A DNA stretch of 64,000 nucleotides from Azolla caroliniana (lineage: Eukaryota; Plantae; Polypodiophyta). The DNA lies in assembly GCA_043228905.1 (NCBI GenBank), contig JBHGNT010000008.1:310001-374000 (forward strand). Reading direction: 5' to 3'. The translations under genes and the position numbers were made by a program. The notes under the pieces are model-generated. The model saw only the letters and a list, made by a program, of their open reading frames with translations, searched no databases and had not been told where the DNA came from. This document shows, in pieces, positions 28,501-44,000 of this stretch; within the stretch, counting starts at the first letter, position 1; every line of letters starts with the position of its first letter.

Positions 28501-31500
28501 TCAAAACCTTGATTTTTTCATTCCATATCATAGCTAGCCTTGTTAGCTTCAACTCGCATGTTTGAACACTAAAATCCGATATCACATGGGCCAGGTATGA
28601 ACATTTTAATTTACTCTCGGGCTCTTCTCAAATCCCTCCTCAAATTGGGTAATGTCTTCATGTCTCTCGACGTGAGTTTCGAAAGCTTGATTTTTTAATT
28701 CCATGTCATAGGTAGCTTTGTTAGCTTCGATTCGCATATTTGAACACTAAAATCCGATATCACATGGGCCAGGTATGAACATTTTAATTTACTCTCGGGC
28801 TCCTCTCTACTCCGTCCTCTAATTTGGGAATGTCTTCATGTCTCTTGACCTGAGTTTCAAAATCTTGATTATTTAATTCAATATTATAGGTACCTTTGTT
28901 AGCTTCGATTCGCATGTTTGAACACTAAAATCCGATATCAAATGGGCCAGGTATGAACATTTTAATTTACTCTCGGCTTCTTCTCTACTCCCTCCTCTAA
29001 TTTGGTAATTTCTTCATGTCTCTCGACCTGAGTTTCAAAACCTTGATTTTTTAATTCCACATCATAGCTAGCCTTGTTAGCTTCGATTCGTATGTTTGAA
29101 CACTAAAATCCGATATCACATGGGCCAGGTATGAACATTTTAATTTACTCTCGGCCTCTTCTCTACTCCCTCCTCTAATTTGGTAATTTCTTCATGTCTC
29201 TCGACCTGAGTTTCAAAACCATGATTTTTTAATTCCATATCATAGCTAGCCTTGTTAGCTTCGATTCGTATGTTTGAACATTAAAATCCGATATCACATG
29301 GGCGAGGTATGAACATTTTCATTTACTCTCGGCCTCTTCTCTACTCCCTCCTCTAATTTGGTAATTTCTTCACGTCTCTCGACCTGAGTTTCAAAACCTT
29401 GATTTTTTAATTCGATATCATAGCTAGCCTTGTTAGCTTCGATTCGTATGTTTGAACACTAAAATCCGATATCACATGGGCCAGGTATGAACATTTTAAT
29501 TTACTCTCGGGCTCTTCTCAACTCCCTCCTCAAATCTAGTACTTTCTTCATGTCTCTCGACGTGAGTTTCAAAAGCTTAATTTTTTAATTCCATATCATA
29601 GGTAGCTTTGTTAGCTTCGATTTGCATATTTGAACACTAAAATCCGATATCACATGGGCCAGGTATGAACATTTTAATTTACTCTCGGGCTCCTCTCTAC
29701 TCCCTCCTCTAATTTGGGAATGTCTTCATGTCTCTCGACCTGACTTTCAAAATCTTGATTTTCGAATTCCATAACATAGCTCGCATTGTTAGCTTTGATT
29801 CGCATATTTGAACACTAAAATCCGATATCACATGGGCCAGGTATGAACATTTTAATTTACTCTCGGCCTCTTCTCTACTCCCTCCTCTAATTTGGTAATT
29901 TCTTCATGTCTCTCGACCTGAGTTTCAAAACCTTGATTTTTTCATTCCATATCATAGCTAGCCTTGTTAGCTTCAATTCGCATGTTTGAACACTAAAATC
30001 CGATATCACATGGGCCAGGTATGAACATTTTAATTTACTCTCGGCCTCTTCTCTACTCCCTCCTCTAATTTGGTAATTTCTTCATGTCTCTCGACCTGAG
30101 TTTCAAAACCTTGATTTTTTCATTCCATATCATAGCTAGCCTTGTTAGCTTCAACTCGCATGTTTGAACACTAAAATCCGATATCACATGGGCCAGGTAT
30201 GAACATTTTAATTTACTCTCGGGCTCTTCTCAAATCCCTCCTCAAATTGGGTAATGTCTTCATGTCTCTCGACGTGAGTTTCGAAAGCTTGATTTTTTAA
30301 TTCCATGTCATAGGTAGCTTTGTTAGCTTCGATTCGCATATTTGAACACTAAAATCCGATATCACATGGGCCAGGTATGAACATTTTAATTTACTCTCGG
30401 GCTCCTCTCTACTCCGTCCTCTAATTTGGGAATGTCTTCATGTCTCTTGACCTGAGTTTCAAAATCTTGATTATTTAATTCAATATTATAGGTACCTTTG
30501 TTAGCTTCGATTCGCATGTTTGAACACTAAAATCCGATATCAAATGGGCCAGGTATGAACATTTTAATTTACTCTCGGCTTCTTCTCTACTCCCTCCTCT
30601 AATTTGGTAATTTCTTCATGTCTCTCGACCTGAGTTTCAAAACCTTGATTTTTTAATTCCACATCATAGCTAGCCTTGTTAGCTTCGATTCGTATGTTTG
30701 AACACTAAAATCCGATATCACATGGGCCAGGTATGAACATTTTAATTTACTCTCGGCCTCTTCTCTACTCCCTCCTCTAATTTGGTAATTTCTTCATGTC
30801 TCTCGACCTGAGTTTCAAAACCTTGATTTTTTAATTCCATATCATAGCTAGCCTTGTTAGCTTCGATTCGTATGTTTGAACATTAAAATCCGATATCACA
30901 TGGGCGAGGTATGAACATTTTCATTTACTCTCGGCCTCTTCTCTACTCCCTCCTCTAATTTCGTAATTTCTTCATGTCTCTCGATCTGAGTTTCAAAACC
31001 TTGATTTTGTAACTCGATATCATAGCTAGCCTTGTTAGCTTCGATTCGTATGTTTGAACACTAAAATCCGATATCACATGGGCCAGGTATGAACATTTTA
31101 ATTTTCTCTCGGGCTATTCTCAACTCCCTCCTCAAATCTGGTACTTTCTTCATGTTTCTCGACGTGAGTTTCAAAAGCTTAATTTTTTAATTCCATATCA
31201 TAGGTAGCTTTGTTAGCTTCGATTTGCATATTTGAACACTAAAATCCGATATCACATGGGCCAGGTATGAACATTTTAATTTAATCTCGGGCTCCTCTCT
31301 ACTCCCTCCTCTAATTTTGGAATGTCTTCATGTCTCTTGACCTGACTTTCAAAATCTTGATTTTCGAATTCCATAACATAGCTCGCATTGTTAGCTTTGA
31401 TTCGCATATTTGAACACTAAAATCCGATATCACATGGGCCAGGTATGAACATTTTAATTTACTCTCGGCCTCTTCTCTACTCCCTCCTCTAATTTGGTAA

Positions 31501-34500
31501 TTTCTTCATGTCTCTCGACCTGAGTTTCAAAACCTTGATTTTTTCATTCCATATCATAGCTAGCCTTGTTAGCTTCAATTCGCATGTTTGAACACTAAAA
31601 TCCGATATCACATGGGCCAGGTATGAACATTTTAATTTACTCTCGGCCTCTTCTCTACTCCCTCCTCTAATTTGGTAATTTCTTCATGTCTCTCGACCTG
31701 AGTTTCAAAACCTTGATTTTTTCATTCCATATCATAGCTAGCCTTGTTAGCTTCAATTCGCATGTTTGAACACTAAAATCCGATATCACATGGGCCAGGT
31801 ATGAACATTTTAATTTACTCTCGGGCTCTTCTCAAATCCCTCCTCGAATTGGGTAATGTCTTCATGTCTCTCGACGTGAGTTTCGAAAGCTTGATTTTTT
31901 AATTCCATGTCATAGGTAGCTTTGTTAGCTCGATTCGCATATTTGAACACTAAAATCCGATATCACATGGGCTAGGTATGAACATTTTAATTTACTCTCG
32001 GGCTCCTCTCTACTCCGTCCTCTAATTTGGGAATGTCTTCATGTCTCTTGACCTGAGTTTGAAAATCTTGATTATTTAATTCGATATCATAGGTACCTTT
32101 GTTAGCTTCGATTCGCATGTTTGAACACTAAAATCCGATATCAAATGGGCCAGGTATGAACATTTTAATTTACTCTCGGCTTCTTCTCTACTCCCTCCTC
32201 TAATTTGGTAATTTCTTCATGTCTCTCGACCTGAGTTTCAAAACCTTGATTTTTTAATTCCACATCATAGCTAGCCTTGTTAGCTTCGATTCGTATGTTT
32301 GAACACTAAAATCCGATATCACATGGGCCAGGTATGAACATTTTAATTTACTCTCGGCCTCTTCTCTACTCCCTCCTCTAATTTGGTAATTTCTTCATGT
32401 CTCTCGACCTGAGTTTCAAAACCTTGATTTTTTAATTCCATATCATAGCTAGCCTTGTTAGCTTCGATTCGTATGTTTGAACATTAAAATCCGATATCAC
32501 ATGGGCGAGGTATGAACATTTTCATTTACTCTCGGCCTCTTCTCTACTCCCTCCTCTAATTTCGTAATTTCTTCATGTCTCTCGATCTGAGTTTCAAAAC
32601 CTTGATTTTTTAATTCGATATCATAGCTAGCCTTGTTAGCTTCGATTCGTATGTTTGAACACTAAAATCCGATATCACATGGGCCAGGTATGAACATTTT
32701 AATTTTCTCTCGGGCTATTCTCAACTCCCTCCTCAAATCTGGTACTTTCTTCATGTCTCTCGACGTGAGTTTCAAAAGCTTAATTTTTTAATTCCATATC
32801 ATAGCTAGCTTTGTTAGCTTCGATTTGCATATTTGAACACTAAAATCCGATATCACATGGGCCAGGTATGAACATTTTAATTTAATCTCGGGCTCCTCTC
32901 TACTCCCTCCTCTAATTTTGGAATGTCTTCATGTCTCTCGACTTGACTTTCAAAATCTTGATTTTCGAATTCCATAACATAGCTCGCATTGTTAGCTTTG
33001 ATTCGCATATTTGAACACTAAAATCCGATATCACATGGGCCAGGTATGAACATTTTAATTTACTCTCGGCCTCTTCTCTACTCCCTCCTCTAATTTGGTA
33101 ATTTCTTCATGTCTCTCGACCTGAGTTTCAAAACCTTGATTTTTTCATTCCATATCATAGCTAGCCTTGTTAGCTTCAATTCGCATGTTTGAACACTAAA
33201 ATCCGATATCACATGGGCCAGGTATGAACATTTTAATTTACTCTCGGCCTCTTCTCTACTCCCTCCTCTAATTTGGTAATTTCTTCATGTCTCTCGACCT
33301 GAGTTTCAAAACCTTGATTTTTTCATTCCATATCATAGCTAGCCTTGTTAGCTTCAATTCGCATGTTTGAACACTAAAATCCGATATCACATGGGCCAGG
33401 TATGAACATTTTAATTTACTCTCGGGCTCTTCTCAAATCCCTCCTCGAATTGGGTAATGTCTTCATGTCTCTCGACGTGAGTTTCGAAAGCTTGATTTTT
33501 TAATTCCATGTCATAGGTAGCTTTGTTAGCTCGATTCGCATATTTGAACACTAAAATCCGATATCACATGGGCCAGGTATGAACATTTTAATTTACTCTC
33601 GGGCTCCTCTCTACTCCGTCCTCTAATTTGGGAATGTCTTCATGTCTCTGGACCTGAGTTTCAAAATCTTGATTATTTAATTCGATATCATAGGTACCTT
33701 TGTTAGCTTCGATTCGCATGTTTGAACACTAAAATCCGATATCAAATGGGCCAGGTATGAACATTTTAATTTACTCTCGGCTTCTTCTCTACTCCCTCCT
33801 CTAATTTGGTAATTTCTTCATGTCTCTCGACCTGAGTTTCAAAACCTTGATTTTTTAATTCCACATCATAGCTAGCCTTGTTAGCTTCGATTCGTATGTT
33901 TGAACACTAAAATCCGATATCACATGGGCCAGGTATGAACATTTTAATTTACTCTCGGCCTCTTCTCTACTCCCTCCTCTAATTTGGTAATTTCTTCATG
34001 TCTCTCGACCTGAGTTTCAAAACCTTGATTTTTTAATTCCATATCATAGCTAGCCTTGTTAGCTTCGATTCGTATGTTTGAACATTAAAATCCGATATCA
34101 CATGGGCGAGGTATGAACATTTTCATTTACTCTCGGCCTCTTCTCTACTCCCTCCTCTAATTTCGTAATTTCTTCATGTCTCTCGATCTGAGTTTCAAAA
34201 CCTTGATTTTTTAATTCGATATCATAGCTAGCCTTGTTAGCTTCGATTCGTATGTTTGAACACTAAAATCCGATATCACATGGGCCAGGTATGAACATTT
34301 TAATTTTCTCTCGGGCTATTCTCAACTCCCTCCTCAAATCTGGTACTTTCTTCATGTCTCTCGACGTGAGTTTCAAAAGCTTAATTTTTTAATTCCATAT
34401 CATAGCTAGCTTTGTTAGCTTCGATTTGCATATTTGAACACTAAAATCCGATATCACATGGGCCAGGTATGAACATTTTAATTTAATCTCGGGCTCCTCT

Positions 34501-35020
34501 CTACTCCCTCCTCTAATTTTGGAATGTCTTCATGTCTCTCGACCTGACTTTCAAAATCTTGATTTTCGAATTCCATAACATAGCTCGCATTGTTAGCTTT
34601 GATTCGCATATTTGAACACTAAAATCCGATATCACATGGGCCAGGTATGAACATTTTAATTTACTCTCGGCCTCTTCTCTACTCCCTCCTCTAATTTGGT
34701 AATTTCTTCATGTCTCTCGACCTGAGTTTCAAAACCTTGATTTTTTCATTCCATATCATAGCTAGCCTTGTTAGCTTCAATTCGCATGTTTGAACACTAA
34801 AATCCGATATCACATGGGCCAGGTATGAACATTTTAATTTACTCTCGGCCTCTTCTCTACTCCCTCCTCTAATTTGGTAATTTCTTCATGTCTCTCGACC
34901 TGAGTTTCAAAACCTTGATTTTTTCATTCCATATCATAGCTAGCCTTGTTAGCTTCAATTCGCATGTTTGAACACTAAAATCCGATATCACATGGGCCAG
35001 GTATGAACATTTTAATTTAC
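27045..35020 (+). repeat. 9-mer higher-order repeat (1602/1601 bp), ~5 copies
   Basis: Marker GGGCGAGG with C at 27701, 29303, 30905, 32506 and 34107 (spacings 1602, 1602, 1601, 1601). A 1-bp deletion (AGCTCGA) at ~31930 and ~33531 explains the 1601 spacing. Confidence 0.92.
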
Positions 35021-38000
35021 TCTCGGCCTCTTCTCTACTCCCTCCTCTAATTTGGTAATTTCTTCATGTCTCTCGACCTGAGTTTCAAAACCTTGATTTT
35101 TTCATTCCATATCATAGCTAGCCTTGTTAGCTTCAATTCGCATGTTTGAACACTAAAATCCGATATCACATGGGCCAGGTATGAACATTTTAATTTACTC
35201 TCGGGCTCCTCTCTACTCCGTCCTCTAATTTGGGAATGTCTTCATGTCTCTTGACCTGAGTTTCAAAATCTTGATTATTTAATTCGATATCATAGGTACC
35301 TTTGTTAGCTTCGATTCGCATGTTTGAACACTAAAATCCGATATCACATGGGCCAGGTATGAACATTTTAATTTACTCTCGGGCTCCTCTCTACTCCCTC
35401 CTCTAATTTGGGAATGTCTTCATGTCTCTCGACCTGACTTTCAAAATCTTGATTTTCGAATTCCATAACATAGCTCGCATTGTTAGCTTTGATTCGCATA
35501 TTTGAACACTAAAATCCGATATCACATGGGCCAGGTATGAACATTTTAATTTACTCTCGGCCTCTTCTCTACTCCCTCCTCTAATTTGGTAATTTCTTCA
35601 TGTCTCTCGACCTGAGTTTCAAAACCTTGATTTTTTCATTCCATATCATAGCTAGCCTTGTTAGCTTCAATTCGCATGTTTGAACACTAAAATCCGATAT
35701 CACATGGGCCAGGTATGAACATTTTAATTTACTCTCGGCCTCTTCTCTACTCCCTCCTCTAATTTGGTAATTTCTTCATGTCTCTCGACCTGAGTTTCAA
35801 AACCTTGATTTTTTAATTCGATATCATAGCTAGCCTTGTTAGCTTCGATTCGTATGTTTGAACACTAAAATCCGATATCACATGGGCCAGGTATGAACAT
35901 TTTAATTTACTCTCGGGCTCTTCTCAACTCCCTCCTCAAATCTGGTACTTTCTTCATGTCTCTCGACGTGAGTTTCAAAAGCTTAATTTTTTAATTCCAT
36001 ATCATAGGTAGCTTTGTTAGCTTCGATTTGCATATTTGAACACTAAAATCCGATATCACATGGGCCAGGTATGAACATTTTAATTTACTCTCGGGCTCCT
36101 CTCTACTCCCTCCTCTAATTTGGGAATGTCTTCATGTCTCTCGACCTGACTTTCAAAATCTTGATTTTCGAATTTCATAACATAGCTCGCATTGTTAGCT
36201 TCGATTCGCATGTTTGAACACTAAAATCCGATATCACATGGGCCAGTTATGAACATTTTAATTTACTCTCGGCCTCTTCTGTACTCCCTCCTCTAATTTG
36301 GTAATTTCTTCATGTCTCTCGACCTGAGTTTCAGAACCTTGATTTTTTCATTCCATATCATAGCTAGCCTTGTTAGCTTCGATTCGTATGTTTGAACACT
36401 AAAAGCCGATATGATATGGGCCAGGTATGAACATTTTAATTTACTCTCGGCCTCTTCTCTACTCCCTCCTCTAATTTGGTAATTTCTTCATGTCTCTCGA
36501 CCTGAGTTTCAAAACCTTCATTTTTTAATTCCATATCATAGTTAGCCTTATTAGCTTTGATTCGTATGTTTGAACACTAAAATCCGATATCACATGGGCC
36601 AGGTATGAACATTTTAATTTACTCTCGGGCTCCTCTCTATTCCCTCCTCTAATTTGGGAATGTCTTCATGTCTCTCGACCTGAGTTTCAAAATCTTGATT
36701 TTCGAATTCCATAACATAGCTCGCATTGTTAGCTTTGATTCGCATATTTGAACACTAAAATCCGATATCACATGGGCCAGGTATGAACATTTTAATTTAC
36801 TCTCGGCCTCTTCTCTACTCCCTCCTCTAATTTAGTAATTTCTTCATGTCTCTCGACCTGAGTTTCAAAATCTTGATTTTTGAATTCCATAACCTAGCTC
36901 GTATTGTTAGCTTCGATTCGCATATTTAAACACTAAAATCCGATATCAGATGGGCCAGGTATGAACATTTTAATTTAATCTCGGGCTCCTCTCTACTCCC
37001 TCCTCTAATTTGGGAATGTCTTCATATCTCTCGACCTGAGTTTCAAAATCTTGGTTCTTTAATTCCATGTCATAGGTACCTTTGTTAGCTTCGATTCGCA
37101 TATTTGAACACTAAAATCCGATATCACATGGGCCAGGTATGAACATTTTAATTTACTCTCGGCCTCTTCTCTACTCCCTCCTCTAATTTAGTAATTTCTT
37201 CATGTCTCTCGACCTGAGTTTCAAAACCTTGATTTTTTCATTCCATATCATAGCTAACTTTGCTAGCTTCGAGTCGCATGTTTTAACACTAAAATCCGAT
37301 ATCACATGGGCTAGGTCTAAACATTTTAATTTACTCTCGGGCTCCTCTCTACTCCCTCCTCTAATTTGGGAATGTCTTCATCTCTCTCGACCTGAGTTTC
37401 AAAATCTTGATTTTTTAATTCCATATCATAGCTAGCCTTGTTAGCTTCAATTCGCATGTTTGAACACTAAAATCCGATATCACATGGGCCAGGTATGAAC
37501 ATTTTAATTTACTCTCGGCCTCTTCTCTACTCCCTCCTCTAATTTGGTAATTTCTTCATGTCTCTCGACCTGAGTTTCAAAACCTTGATTTTTTCATTCC
37601 ATATCATAGCTAGCCTTGTTAGCTTCAATTCGCATGTTTGAACACTAAAATCCGATATCACATGGGCCAGGTATGAACATTTTAATTTACTCTCGGGCTC
37701 CTCTCTACTCCGTCCTCTAATTTGGGAATGTCTTCATGTCTCTTGACCTGAGTTTCAAAATCTTGATTATTTAATTCGATATCATAGGTACCTTTGTTAG
37801 CTTCGATTCGCATGTTTGAACACTAAAATCCGATATCACATGGGCCAGGTATGAACATTTTAATTTACTCTCGGGCTCCTCTCTACTCCCTCCTCTAATT
37901 TGGGAATGTCTTCATGTCTCTCGACCTGACTTTCAAAATCTTGATTTTCGAATTCCATAACATAGCTCGCATTGTTAGCTTTGATTCGCATATTTGAACA

Positions 38001-41000
38001 CTAAAATCCGATATCACATGGGCCAGGTATGAACATTTTAATTTACTCTCGGCCTCTTCTCTACTCCCTCCTCTAATTTGGTAATTTCTACATGTCTCTC
38101 GACCTGAGTTTCAAAACCTTGATTTTTTCATTCCATATCATAGCTAGCCTTGTTAGCTTCAATTCGCATGTTTGAACACTAAAATCCGATATCACATGGG
38201 CCAGGTATGAACATTTTAATTTACTCTCGGCCTCTTCTCTACTCCCTCCTCTAATTTGGTAATTTCTTCATGTCTCTCGACCTGTGTTTCAAAACCTTGA
38301 TTTTTTAATTCGATATCATAGCTAGCCTTGTTAGCTTCGATTCGTATGTTTGAACACTAAAATCCGATATCACATGGGCCAGGTATGAACATTTTAATTT
38401 ACTCTCGGGCTCTTCTCAACTCCCTCCTCAAATCTGGTACTTTCTTCATGTCTCTCGACGTGAGTTTCAAAAGCTTAATTTTTTAATTCCATATCATAGG
38501 TAGCTTTGTTAGCTTCGATTTGCATATTTGAACACTAAAATCCGATATCACATGGGCCAGGTATGAACATTTTAATTTAATCTCGGGCTCCTCTCTACTC
38601 CCTCCTCTAATTTGGGAATGTCTTCATGTCTCTCGACCTGACTTTCAAAATCTTGATTTTCGAATTTCATAACATAGCTCGCATTGTTAGCTTCGATTCG
38701 CATGTTTGAACACTAAAATCCGATATCACATGGGCCAGTTATGAACATTTTAATTTACTCTCGGCCTCTTCTGTACTCCCTCCTCTAATTTGGTAATTTC
38801 TTCATGTCTCTCGACCTGAGTTTCAGAACCTTGATTTTTTCATTCCATATCATAGCTAGCCTTGTTAGCTTCGATTCGTATGTTTGAACACTAAAAGCCG
38901 ATATGATATGGGCCAGGTATGAACATTTTAATTTACTCTCGGCCTCTTCTCTACTCCCTCCTCTAATTTGGTAATTTCTTCATGTCTCTCGACCTGAGTT
39001 TCAAAACCTTCATTTTTTAATTCCATATCATAGTTAGCCTTATTAGCTTTGATTCGTATGTTTGAACACTAAAATCCGATATCACATGGGCCAGGTATGA
39101 ACATTTTAATTTACTCTCGGGCTCCTCTCTATTCCCTCCTCTAATTTGGGAATGTCTTCATGTCTCTCGACCTGAGTTTCAAAATTTTGATTTTCGAATT
39201 CCATAACATAGCTCGCATTGTTAGCTTTGATTCGCATATTTGAACACTAAAATCCGATATCACATGGGCCAGGTATGAACATTTTAATTTACTCTCGGCC
39301 TCTTCTCTACTCCCTCCTCTAATTTAGTAATTTCTTCATGTCTCTCGACCTGAGTTTCAAAATCTTGATTTTTGAATTCCATAACCTAGCTCGTATTGTT
39401 AGCTTCGATTCGCATATTTAAACACTAAAATCCGATATCAGATGGGCCAGGTATGAACATTTTAATTTAATCTCGGGCTCCTCTCTACTCCCTCCTCTAA
39501 TTTGGGAATGTCTTCATATCTCTCGACCTGAGTTTCAAAATCTTGGTTCTTTAATTCCATGTCATAGGTACCTTTGTTAGCTTCGATTCGCATATTTGAA
39601 CACTAAAATCCGATATCACATGGGCCAGGTATGAACATTTTAATTTACTCTCGGCCTCTTCTCTACTCCCTCCTCTAATTTAGTAATTTCTTCATGTCTC
39701 TCGACCTGAGTTTCAAAACCTTGATTTTTTCATTCCATATCATAGCTAACTTTGCTAGCTTCGAGTCGCATGTTTTAACACTAAAATCCGATATCACATG
39801 GGCTAGGTCTAAACATTTTAATTTACTCTCGGGCTCCTCTCTACTCCCTCCTCTAATTTGGGAATGTCTTCATCTCTCTCGACCTGAGTTTCAAAATCTT
39901 GATTTTTTAATTCCATATCATAGCTAGCCTTGTTAGCTTCAATTCGCATGTTTGAACACTAAAATCCGATATCACATGGGCCAGGTATGAACATTTTAAT
40001 TTACTCTCGGCCTCTTCTCTACTCCCTCCTCTAATTTGGTAATTTCTTCATGTCTCTCGACCTGAGTTTCAAAACCTTGATTTTTTCATTCCATATCATA
40101 GCTAGCCTTGTTAGCTTCAATTCGCATGTTTGAACACTAAAATCCGATATCACATGGGCCAGGTATGAACATTTTAATTTACTCTCGGGCTCCTCTCTAC
40201 TCCGTCCTCTAATTTGGGAATGTCTTCATGTCTCTTGACCTGAGTTTCAAAATCTTGATTATTTAATTCGATATCATAGGTACCTTTGTTAGCTTCGATT
40301 CGCATGTTTGAACACTAAAATCCGATATCACATGGGCCAGGTATGAACATTTTAATTTACTCTCGGGCTCCTCTCTACTCCCTCCTCTAATTTGGGAATG
40401 TCTTCATGTCTCTCGACCTGACTTTCAAAATCTTGATTTTCGAATTCCATAACATAGCTCGCATTGTTAGCTTTGATTCGCATATTTGAACACTAAAATC
40501 CGATATCACATGGGCCAGGTATGAACATTTTAATTTACTCTCGGCCTCTTCTCTACTCCCTCCTCTAATTTGGTAATTTCTACATGTCTCTCGACCTGAG
40601 TTTCAAAACCTTGATTTTTTCATTCCATATCATAGCTAGCCTTGTTAGCTTCAATTCGCATGTTTGAACACTAAAATCCGATATCACATGGGCCAGGTAT
40701 GAACATTTTAATTTACTCTCGGCCTCTTCTCTACTCCCTCCTCTAATTTGGTAATTTCTTCATGTCTCTCGACCTGAGTTTCAAAACCTTGATTTTTTAA
40801 TTCGATATCATAGCTAGCCTTGTTAGCTTCGATTCGTATGTTTGAACACTAAAAGCCGATATGATATGGGCCAGGTATGAACATTTTAATTTACTCTCGG
40901 GCTCCTCTCTACTCCCTCCTCTAATTTGGGAATGTCTTCATGTCTCTCGACCTGACTTTCAAAATCTTGATTTTCGAATTCCATAACATAGCTCGCATTG

Positions 41001-44000
41001 TTAGCTTTGATTCGCATATTTGAACACTAAAATCCGATATCACATGGGCCAGGTATGAACATTTTAATTTACTCTCGGCCTCTTCTCTACTCCCTCCTCT
41101 AATTTGGTAATTTCTTCATGTCTCTCGACCTGAGTTTCAAAACCTTGATTTTTTCATTCCATATCATAGCTAGCCTTGTTAGCTTCAATTCGCATGTTTG
41201 AACACTAAAATCCGATATCACATGGGCCAGGTATGAACATTTTAATTTACTCTCGGCCTCTTCTCTACTCCCTCCTCTAATTTGGTAATTTCTTCATGTC
41301 TCTCGACCTGAGTTTCAAAACCTTGATTTTTTAATTCGATATCATAGCTAGCCTTGTTAGCTTCGATTCGTATGTTTGAACACTAAAATCCGATATCACA
41401 TGGGCCAGGTATGAACATTTTAATTTACTCTCGGGCTCTTCTCAACTCCCTCCTCAAATCTGGTACTTTCTTCATGTCTCTCGACGTGAGTTTCAAAAGC
41501 TTAATTTTTTAATTCCATATCATAGGTAGCTTTGTTAGCTTCGATTTGCATATTTGAACACTAAAATCCGATATCACATGGGCCAGGTATGAACATTTTA
41601 ATTTACTCTCGGGCTCCTCTCTACTCCCTCCTCTAATTTGGGAATGTCTTCATGTCTCTCGACCTGACTTTCAAAATCTTGATTTTCGAATTTCATAACA
41701 TAGCTCGCATTGTTAGCTTCGATTCGCATGTTTGAACACTAAAATCCGATATCACATGGGCCAGTTATGAACATTTTAATTTACTCTCGGCCTCTTCTGT
41801 ACTCCCTCCTCTAATTTGGTAATTTCTTCATGTCTCTCGACCTGAGTTTCAGAACCTTGATTTTTTCATTCCATATCATAGCTAGCCTTGTTAGCTTCGA
41901 TTCGTATGTTTGAACACTAAAAGCCGATATGATATGGGCCAGGTATGAACATTTTAATTTACTCTCGGCCTCTTCTCTACTCCCTCCTCTAATTTGGTAA
42001 TTTCTTCATGTCTCTCGACCTGAGTTTCAAAACCTTCATTTTTTAATTCCATATCATAGTTAGCCTTATTAGCTTTGATTCGTATGTTTGAACACTAAAA
42101 TCCGATATCACATGGGCCAGGTATGAACATTTTAATTTACTCTCGGGCTCCTCTCTATTCCCTCCTCTAATTTGGGAATGTCTTCATGTCTCTCGACCTG
42201 AGTTTCAAAATCTTGATTTTCGAATTCCATAACATAGCTCGCATTGTTAGCTTTGATTCGCATATTTGAACACTAAAATCCGATATCACATGGGCCAGGT
42301 ATGAACATTTTAATTTACTCTCGGCCTCTTCTCTACTCCCTCCTCTAATTTAGTAATTTCTTCATGTCTCTCGACCTGAGTTTCAAAATCTTGATTTTTG
42401 AATTCCATAACCTAGCTCGTATTGTTAGCTTCGATTCGCATATTTAAACACTAAAATCCGATATCAGATGGGCCAGGTATGAACATTTTAATTTAATCTC
42501 GGGCTCCTCTCTACTCCCTCCTCTAATTTGGGAATGTCTTCATATCTCTCGACCTGAGTTTCAAAATCTTGGTTCTTTAATTCCATGTCATAGGTACCTT
42601 TGTTAGCTTCGATTCGCATATTTGAACACTAAAATCCGATATCACATGGGCCAGGTATGAACATTTTAATTTACTCTCGGCCTCTTCTCTACTCCCTCCT
42701 CTAATTTAGTAATTTCTTCATGTCTCTCGACCTGAGTTTCAAAACCTTGATTTTTTCATTCCATATCATAGCTAACTTTGCTAGCTTCGAGTCGCATGTT
42801 TTAACACTAAAATCCGATATCACATGGGCTAGGTCTAAACATTTTAATTTACTCTCGGGCTCCTCTCTACTCCCTCCTCTAATTTGGGAATGTCTTCATC
42901 TCTCTCGACCTGAGTTTCAAAATCTTGATTTTTTAATTCCATATCATAGCTAGCCTTGTTAGCTTCAATTCGCATGTTTGAACACTAAAATCCGATATCA
43001 CATGGGCCAGGTATGAACATTTTAATTTACTCTCGGCCTCTTCTCTACTCCCTCCTCTAATTTGGTAATTTCTTCATGTCTCTCGACCTGAGTTTCAAAA
43101 CCTTGATTTTTTCATTCCATATCATAGCTAGCCTTGTTAGCTTCAATTCGCATGTTTGAACACTAAAATCCGATATCACATGGGCCAGGTATGAACATTT
43201 TAATTTACTCTCGGGCTCCTCTCTACTCCGTCCTCTAATTTGGGAATGTCTTCATGTCTCTTGACCTGAGTTTCAAAATCTTGATTATTTAATTCGATAT
43301 CATAGGTACCTTTGTTAGCTTCGATTCGCATGTTTGAACACTAAAATCCGATATCACATGGGCCAGGTATGAACATTTTAATTTACTCTCGGGCTCCTCT
43401 CTACTCCCTCCTCTAATTTGGGAATGTCTTCATGTCTCTCGACCTGACTTTCAAAATCTTGATTTTCGAATTCCATAACATAGCTCGCATTGTTAGCTTT
43501 GATTCGCATATTTGAACACTAAAATCCGATATCACATGGGCCAGGTATGAACATTTTAATTTACTCTCGGCCTCTTCTCTACTCCCTCCTCTAATTTGGT
43601 AATTTCTTCATGTCTCTCGACCTGAGTTTCAAAACCTTGATTTTTTCATTCCATATCATAGCTAGCCTTGTTAGCTTCAATTCGCATGTTTGAACACTAA
43701 AATCCGATATCACATGGGCCAGGTATGAACATTTTAATTTACTCTCGGCCTCTTCTCTACTCCCTCCTCTAATTTGGTAATTTCTTCATGTCTCTCGACC
43801 TGAGTTTCAAAACCTTGATTTTTTAATTCGATATCATAGCTAGCCTTGTTAGCTTCGATTCGTATGTTTGAACACTAAAATCCGATATCACATGGGCCAG
43901 GTATGAACATTTTAATTTACTCTCGGGCTCTTCTCAACTCCCTCCTCAAATCTGGTACTTTCTTCATGTCTCTCGACGTGAGTTTCAAAAGCTTAATTTT

